A DNA stretch of 64,000 bases from an uncultured Anaerolineaceae bacterium (GTDB lineage Bacteria; Chloroflexota; Dehalococcoidia; Tepidiformales; Tepidiformaceae), in assembly GCA_964438865.1 (NCBI GenBank), contig CAYTMI010000015.1:1-64000 (forward strand), read 5' to 3'. Below are positions 58,679-64,000 of the stretch, in pieces. The notes under the pieces were generated by a model. That model was not told where the DNA came from and made no database searches. It saw nothing but the letters and a program-made list of their open reading frames with translations. Position 1 is the first letter of the stretch. Each line of letters begins with the position of its first letter. The position numbers and the translations under genes were made by a program.

Positions 58679-60183
58679 TCGGCCATCCCGACGGCAAGGT
58701 TGATCAGCGTGCGTACGCTGTAGCCGGTCGCACCCTTCGTTACCCAGCCCCGTTCCCGGTCGGACATGTCTACGCCGGCGATGTCGAGGTGCACCCAGGG
58801 CGTGTCTGCGGCGAAGCGTTCGATGAACTTCGCCCCGACGATGGCCCCGGCACCCCGCGAGCCGGTGTTCTTGATGTCGGCGACGTCGCTCTTGATCAGT
58901 TCGTCGTAGTCCTTCCACATGGGGAGGCGCCAGGTCTTTTCGCCCGCGGCCTTGGCCGCGGCCTCCACTCTTGTGGCGAGCGCGTCGTTGTTGGTCAGCA
59001 CGGCGTAGCAGACGTCTCCCAGGGCGGTGGTGACGGCGCCGGTGAGGGTGGCGACGTCGACGATGTGCTTTGCCCCCAGTTCTTTCGCGTAGCAGACCGC
59101 GTCGGCGAGGACGAGGCGGCCTTCGGCGTCGGTGTTCAGGATCTCGATGGTCATGCCGTTCATCGCGGTCACGACATCGCCCGGCTTGGAAGCGTTGCCT
59201 CCCGGCATGTTCTCCGTGCAGGGGGCGATGGCGACGATGTTCGCGGCGGGTTTGAGCGCGGCGATCGCCCGCATCGCGGCGATGACGGAGGCCGCGCCGG
59301 TCATGTCTGCCTTCATCGCTTCCATGTTCGCCGCCGGCTTGATGCTGATGCCGCCGGTGTCGAAGGTAATCCCCTTGCCGACCAGAGCGAGGTCGTAGCC
59401 GTCGCCGCCGCGGCCGCGGTAACTGATGGAGATGAGCTTGGGCGGCTGGGCGCTGCCCTTCGCCACCGAGAGCAGCGAGCCCATGCCCTTGCGCTCCATG
59501 TCCGCCTGTTCGAGCACCTGGCATTCGAGCCCCGCGGCTGCGGCGAGTTCGCGGGCGGCGTTCGCCATGCCGGTGGGGGTGAGGTGGTTCGAAGGCTCGT
59601 TGCAGAGGTCACGGGCGAAGTTGGTGGCCTCGGCCAGGAGCACGCCGCGGCTGACCGCAGCCGTCATCGCCGGGAGTTTCGCCGCCTCGTGTTCGATGAT
59701 CGTGACGGTCTCGATGGCGCCGTTGTCGTCGTCGGTCGTGCCTTTGCCCTTGCGCCGGGTGAAGCGGTAGGCCCCGAGGAGTGTCCCTTCGGCGATGGCC
59801 TGGGCGCAGGCGGCGGGGTCGAGGCCGCCGATGCCCGCCCCGTGAGCGATGGTCGCAACCGCCTTGATCCCCGGCTTGCGGACCTGGCGGACGAAGTTGG
59901 CGGCAAGGTTGCGGACGGCATCGATGTCGAACTCTTCGGACTTGCCCAGCCCGGCGACGAGCACTCGCGGAGCGGCGATTTTCCCGAGCGTGTGGATGAG
60001 CGTGAACTCGCCGACCTTGCCGCGGATGTCGCCCTGGGCGATCAGCTGGGAGATCGCACCCCCGAGGGCGCGGTCCACCGCCCCGGTACCGCCGCCCGGG
60101 CTGGTCACCCCCTGGAAGAGGTTGACGATGAGCACGTCTGCGGTGCTATGCGCGATATCCCCGGCCTGAATGCGAACGTCCAA
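58675..60183 (-). CDS. pepA: Leucyl aminopeptidase (M17 family)
   Basis: 502 aa; NTDAEGRL signature, GKGITFDTGG, and metal ligands. Confidence 0.95.
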   Translation of the reverse strand: MDVRIQAGDIAHSTADVLIVNLFQGVTSPGGGTGAVDRALGGAISQLIAQGDIRGKVGEFTLIHTLGKIAAPRVLVAGLGKSEEFDIDAVRNLAANFVRQVRKPGIKAVATIAHGAGIGGLDPAACAQAIAEGTLLGAYRFTRRKGKGTTDDDNGAIETVTIIEHEAAKLPAMTAAVSRGVLLAEATNFARDLCNEPSNHLTPTGMANAARELAAAAGLECQVLEQADMERKGMGSLLSVAKGSAQPPKLISISYRGRGGDGYDLALVGKGITFDTGGISIKPAANMEAMKADMTGAASVIAAMRAIAALKPAANIVAIAPCTENMPGGNASKPGDVVTAMNGMTIEILNTDAEGRLVLADAVCYAKELGAKHIVDVATLTGAVTTALGDVCYAVLTNNDALATRVEAAAKAAGEKTWRLPMWKDYDELIKSDVADIKNTGSRGAGAIVGAKFIERFAADTPWVHLDIAGVDMSDRERGWVTKGATGYSVRTLINLAVGMAD

Positions 60184-60277
60184 AGATGCCCCCCGGCTGC
60201 CGCCGTCCCAATTTGCTTGCTAACGAGAAAGTGTAGGCGGCGGCTGGCGCGGGGGGCAAAGCGGCGCCCGGGCGGCC

Positions 60278-61513
60278 TCAGCCGGCGAGCGTGTCCTTGA
60301 AGGCTGCGCCGTCTTTCATGATCAGCCGGAAGCTCTCTTTCTTCTCGACCACGCGGACATCCGCCAGCGGGTCACCGGCCACCGCGAGGATGTCGGCGCG
60401 CTTCCCGGCTTCGATGGTGCCGGTGATGCTCGCCAGCCGCGCGCACTCGGCCGCGGTCTTCGTAGTGGCGACGATCACCTGCATCGGCGTCATCCCGCCG
60501 TCGACCATCAGCTGGAGTTCGCCCGCATTGGTGCCGTGGACGCCGACGCCCGTGTCGGTCCCCATTGCGATCTTGACGCCGCGTTCGACCGCGTACTTGA
60601 AGCTCGCCTGGTGGTCGCCGATGACCTCCTTCGACTTGCGGACGCCCCAGGACGGCATCGAGCCCGGGTGTTCTTCGGCCAGCCTGAGCACCGACACCGG
60701 CGCGATCAGCGTGGCGACCAGGTAGGTGCCGCGCTTCACCATCTCGTCGATGACGCGCTCGTCCAGGTAGATGCCGTGTTCGATGGATTCGACCCCGGCG
60801 AGGACGGCGTTGAGGATGCCCTGGTTGGCCTGTGCGTGGGACATCACCGTCCTGTGGGCCGCGTGCGCTTCATAGACCACCGCGGCGATCTCTTCCGGGG
60901 TCATGCCGGTCGCGCCGGGCTCGTCGTTGGGCGAAAGGACGCCGCCGCTGGTCATGATCTTGATCTGGTCGGCGCCGGCGCGCAGCACTTCCCGTGTCGC
61001 CTTCCGGGCCGATTCGGGGCCATCGACAAGGTTGTTCGGGACTTCGACGTTGGGGACGCGCAATTGCGAGCCATTGGGCATCGTCGAATCGCCGTGGCCG
61101 CCGGTCTGCGAAAGGGCGGTGACGGCGACACGCAACCGCGGCCCCGGGAAGAGACCCTGGTCGATCGCTTGCTTGACGCCACGGGGCGTGCCGCCGGCGT
61201 CGCGGAGGCTGGTGAAGCCGTGTTCGAGCGAGATCCGGGCGTTGGTGAGGGCCTCGGCGACGGCAAGGCTGAAGGAAGTGCTCAGGCGCTGCTCCATCGT
61301 CTTGGGCGGCCGGTTCATCAGGTGCACGTGGCAGTCGATCATCCCCGGCATAACGGTGAAGTGGCTCGCATCCAGCACCGTTGCCCCGCGGGGCAGTCTC
61401 CCGTTGGTGCGGATGGCCGTGATGGAGTCGCCCTCGACGACGATGACGGCGTTCCGGACAGGGTCCTTCCCGGTCCCGTCGATGAGCGAACCGCAGACAA
61501 TGGCAGTGGACAT
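60278..61513 (-). CDS. Metal-dependent amidohydrolase (imidazolonepropionase/Xaa-Pro-dipeptidase-like TIM barrel)
   Basis: 411 aa; HVHLM (HxH) at the N-terminal beta-strand; the conserved His and Asp of the amidohydrolase superfamily. Confidence 0.8.
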   Translation of the reverse strand: MSTAIVCGSLIDGTGKDPVRNAVIVVEGDSITAIRTNGRLPRGATVLDASHFTVMPGMIDCHVHLMNRPPKTMEQRLSTSFSLAVAEALTNARISLEHGFTSLRDAGGTPRGVKQAIDQGLFPGPRLRVAVTALSQTGGHGDSTMPNGSQLRVPNVEVPNNLVDGPESARKATREVLRAGADQIKIMTSGGVLSPNDEPGATGMTPEEIAAVVYEAHAAHRTVMSHAQANQGILNAVLAGVESIEHGIYLDERVIDEMVKRGTYLVATLIAPVSVLRLAEEHPGSMPSWGVRKSKEVIGDHQASFKYAVERGVKIAMGTDTGVGVHGTNAGELQLMVDGGMTPMQVIVATTKTAAECARLASITGTIEAGKRADILAVAGDPLADVRVVEKKESFRLIMKDGAAFKDTLAG

Positions 61514-61566
61514 GGGCCTACCTCCGTAATGGCGCGGATTCTACGGGATGACGGGCGGGTGAGCGT

Positions 61567-61899
61567 TCAGCTGGCGGATTGATAGATGGGGAGGGACATC
61601 AACGGCGCCCAGATCTCGATCAGGAGCTCGTCCAGGTGGGGAGTCCAGGCATCCCAGGTGCCGCGGGCGTAGGCGGCCTCCGGGCTGCTGAGGGCCGCCC
61701 GGACCACTTCGGCACTTTCGAACATGTAAAACCCGAGGGTCGTCCCACCGGGAGTGCGCCCGACTTCGATCCCGGAGATCCCGGGGATGCGCCGGACGGC
61801 CGGGACGTGGGAGTCGCGGAACCACTGTTCGAACCTGGCGCGTTCGGGAGTCTTCGGGTGGGCGCGCAGGAGGAGGAAGGGGCGAGCCTCGTTCAGCAT
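61567..61899 (-). CDS. Small hypothetical protein (alpha+beta barrel, EthD/Dabb-like?)
   Basis: 110 aa; overlaps the upstream kinase gene by 7 bp. Confidence 0.4.
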   Translation of the reverse strand: MLNEARPFLLLRAHPKTPERARFEQWFRDSHVPAVRRIPGISGIEVGRTPGGTTLGFYMFESAEVVRAALSSPEAAYARGTWDAWTPHLDELLIEIWAPLMSLPIYQSAS

Positions 61900-62432
61900 T
61901 CGCGGCCCTCCATCAGCGATTGGACAAGCGCCAGCGCCGCCCCGAAGCCGAAACGCGAGTCGACAACGACGGCGGGCTGGGCGAATCGCCGGGCGCGCCC
62001 GAGCATGCCTTCGTAGACACGCACGGTGGCTTCGGAGAACCCGTCGCGCGGTGTCGAAAGGCGCTCCCGGACCGTGGCATCCGGTGCCACCAGCCGGACC
62101 GGGACGAGATTCGCGTCGAGCCGGGCGGCCACCCGCAGGAAGCGGCGCCGGTCGCGCGATGTCAGGTTCGTGGCATCGAGGACGACGTGGCGCCTGCCCG
62201 CAAGCCCGGCCTCGACCATCGATTCGACGGCGCCGAAGACCCGGGCGCTTTCTTCCGGGGCATACGTGGGCGATGCGAAGAGACGGCCGCGTATGCCGTC
62301 GCTTTCGACGTGGAGGCAGCCGGTGGCCTCCGTAAGTGCCCGCGCGAACGTCGTCTTCCCCGCGCCCGGGTACCCGGAGAGGAGGACGAGGGCGGGGGTC
62401 GCGGCGGGAGATTTGGCGCTGGTCATGTTCAT
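61893..62432 (-). CDS. P-loop NTPase/kinase (AAA_33 / zeta-toxin-like family)
   Basis: 179 aa; Walker A GYPGAGKTT and Walker B VVLDATN. Confidence 0.65.
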   Translation of the reverse strand: MNMTSAKSPAATPALVLLSGYPGAGKTTFARALTEATGCLHVESDGIRGRLFASPTYAPEESARVFGAVESMVEAGLAGRRHVVLDATNLTSRDRRRFLRVAARLDANLVPVRLVAPDATVRERLSTPRDGFSEATVRVYEGMLGRARRFAQPAVVVDSRFGFGAALALVQSLMEGREC

Positions 62433-62483
62433 GTGCTAACCTGACATGGTTGACACGCTAGGCAAAGGAAACGCAAGAGAAGG

Positions 62484-62750
62484 TTGCTGACCCAAGAGCG
62501 CAAATCTGACCTGATCCAGGAATACGCCACGAACGTCGGCGACACCGGGTCTCCGGAAGTCCAGGTAGCGATCCTGACGGAACGTATCAAGTACCTGACG
62601 ACCCACCTGAAGGCGAACAAGCACGATTACCATACCCGCCGCGGGTTGCTGATGCTTGTTGGCCAACGTCGCCGCCAACTGCGGTATCTGAATCACCGCG
62701 ACGTGAACCGCTACCGCGAACTCATCGCCCGGCTTGGCCTCCGCAAGTAA
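62484..62750 (+). CDS. rpsO: 30S ribosomal protein S15 (TTG start)
   Basis: 88 aa; LTQERK..LI.EY......DTGS.EVQ.A.LT.RI..LT.HLK..KHD.H.RRGLL..V..RR.LL.YL, canonical S15. Confidence 0.93.
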   Translation: MLTQERKSDLIQEYATNVGDTGSPEVQVAILTERIKYLTTHLKANKHDYHTRRGLLMLVGQRRRQLRYLNHRDVNRYRELIARLGLRK

Positions 62751-62922
62751 GCGGGGGCCTTTGTCGTTTCGCGCCCGGCCGTCACGCAACCAACACCAAT
62801 GCTCCCTTTGCCAGGGTCCCCGTGAATGGGACCGGAGCGTCATTGCCCCACTGCCCGAGAAAGAATCCCAGAAGGCAGGGGGCGAACTGTAGCAACAGGA
62901 ACAGGAAGTACAAGACAGGAAT
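62751..62922 (+). promoter_or_regulatory. rpsO-pnp intergenic leader with stem-loops (candidate RNase III / autoregulatory pnp leader)
   Basis: 172-nt gap; the GGGTCCC-cgtgaat-GGGACC hairpin at 62814..62833 is read directly from the sequence. Confidence 0.4.
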
Positions 62923-64000
62923 ATGCACACCTACGAACTCGAAGTCGGGGGAAAGACCCTCACCATCCAGCACGGCATCCTTGCCCAGCTCGCGAACGGG
63001 GCCGTCACCGTCCGCCAGGGCGATACCGTGGTCCTCGTCACCGCCTGCATGGCCGAAGCGCGCGAAGGCATCGACTTCTTCCCGCTGACCGTGGACTACG
63101 AGGAGCGCCTCTACGCCGTGGGCAAGATCCCCGGCGGTTTCCCGCGCCGCGAAGGCCGCGCCAGCACCGATGGCGTCCTTGCCATGCGCCTCACCGACCG
63201 GCCGCTCCGGCCGCTCTTCCCCAAGGGCTTCCGCCAGGACATCCAGATCGTCGCGACCACCCTTTCGGCGGACCGTGAGCACCAGCCCGACACGCTCATC
63301 ACCATCGGCGCCAGCGCCGCCCTGATGATCAGCGACATCCCCTTCGATGGCCCCGTCTCCAGCGTCCGCGTAACGCGCATCGACGGTGAGTTCATCGTCA
63401 ACCCGACCTTCGACGAGGCCGAACGCGGCGACATCGACATCATCGTCGCCGGCACCAAGGACGCGGTGGTCATGGTCGAAGCCGGCGCCAAGCAGGCTTC
63501 GGAAGAGACCGTCCTCGAAGCGATCGAGGTCGCGATGGAGGCCAATCGCGCGATCATCGCGCTCCAGGAGCAGATCGCCGCTGAAGCGGCGCCAGTGAAG
63601 AAGGCCTACACCCCCCACGTCGAGAACAAGGCCGCCTATGATGCCGTCTACGGCTACCTGAAGGACCGCATCGACGAACTCGTCGCCACGGCCGCCAGCG
63701 AGCGCAGCGACGCGAACAAGAGCATCCGCCAGGAGCTGAACGAGAAGTTCGGCGAACAGTTCAAGTCGAACGAACTCGGCGACGCCCTCTTCAACGTCAT
63801 CAAGAAGGCGATGCGCCAGCGGATCCTCGAACAGGGCATCCGGGCCGACGGCCGCGCCACGACCCAGATCCGCGACCTCGACATCCACGTCGGCGTGCTC
63901 CCCCGCACCCACGGCAGCGGCCTCTTCCAGCGCGGCCAGACGCAGGTGCTGACCATCGCCACCCTCGGCGGACTGAGCATGGCCCAGAAGCTGGACACGC
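62923..64000 (+). CDS. pnp: Polyribonucleotide nucleotidyltransferase (PNPase), 5' portion (runs off window end)
   Basis: ATG at 62923 ([41 protein letters not shown]...[22 protein letters not shown]); the first RNase PH domain of PNPase. Confidence 0.95.
   Translation, partial: MHTYELEVGGKTLTIQHGILAQLANGAVTVRQGDTVVLVTACMAEAREGIDFFPLTVDYEERLYAVGKIPGGFPRREGRASTDGVLAMRLTDRPLRPLFPKGFRQDIQIVATTLSADREHQPDTLITIGASAALMISDIPFDGPVSSVRVTRIDGEFIVNPTFDEAERGDIDIIVAGTKDAVVMVEAGAKQASEETVLEAIEVAMEANRAIIALQEQIAAEAAPVKKAYTPHVENKAAYDAVYGYLKDRIDELVATAASERSDANKSIRQELNEKFGEQFKSNELGDALFNVIKKAMRQRILEQGIRADGRATTQIRDLDIHVGVLPRTHGSGLFQRGQTQVLTIATLGGLSMAQKLDT

Noticed and set aside
62449-62454. TTGACA hexamer upstream of rpsO as a promoter
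   Set aside because: No acceptable -10 element at 16 to 19 bp spacing (GCAAGA), so it was not reported as a feature.

Overview
High-GC (about 68%) bacterial chromosomal window. The first 17.6 kb is the conserved ribosomal-protein super-operon: tuf 3' end, then S10/spc/alpha blocks (rpsJ, rplC, rplD, rplW, rplB, rpsS, rplV, rpsC, rplP, rpmC, rpsQ, rplN, rplX, rplE, rpsN, rpsH, rplF, rplR, rpsE, rpmD, rplO, secY, adk, map, infA, rpmJ, rpsM, rpsK, rpsD, rpoA, rplQ, truA, rplM, rpsI). Genes overlap or abut on the + strand. Several products (S17, RpoA, L17, L13, L9) carry unusual Ala/Pro/Glu-rich C-terminal tails. The rest is a mixed housekeeping and accessory region: an MDR-type NADPH oxidoreductase, MFS transporters, a tungsten-type aldehyde:ferredoxin oxidoreductase, and a flotillin/SPFH protein with tandem N-terminal repeats. 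An F420/TetR/GNAT/alpha-beta-hydrolase cluster follows, then a beta-lactamase-like hydrolase, an M20 amidohydrolase, and an rplI-dnaB-DnaD-like-tandem-DnaC-like replication module. After these come a NUDIX/MoaE/MoaD block, ComF, the MoxR-DUF58-BatA-BatB (Bat) operon, a 38-aa small ORF, a stand-alone RAM-domain protein, a methylmalonyl-CoA-mutase catalytic subunit, a PQQ-type dehydrogenase and YajQ. Further on are a Phd/VapC toxin-antitoxin pair, an acyl-CoA dehydrogenase and flavin reductase, a diiron (AurF-like) protein, an LLM F420 oxidoreductase, an APH-like kinase, RimI-like GNAT, pepA and an amidohydrolase. A P-loop kinase and rpsO follow, and the pnp 5' end closes the window. I found no rRNA, tRNA, CRISPR array, transposase or integrase. 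The most unusual element is the replication module downstream of dnaB, which encodes a single polypeptide with two complete DnaC/DnaI-like AAA+ loader domains plus an N-terminal zinc ribbon, next to a DnaD-like protein. All homology calls come from reading the translations and motifs, not from database searches.
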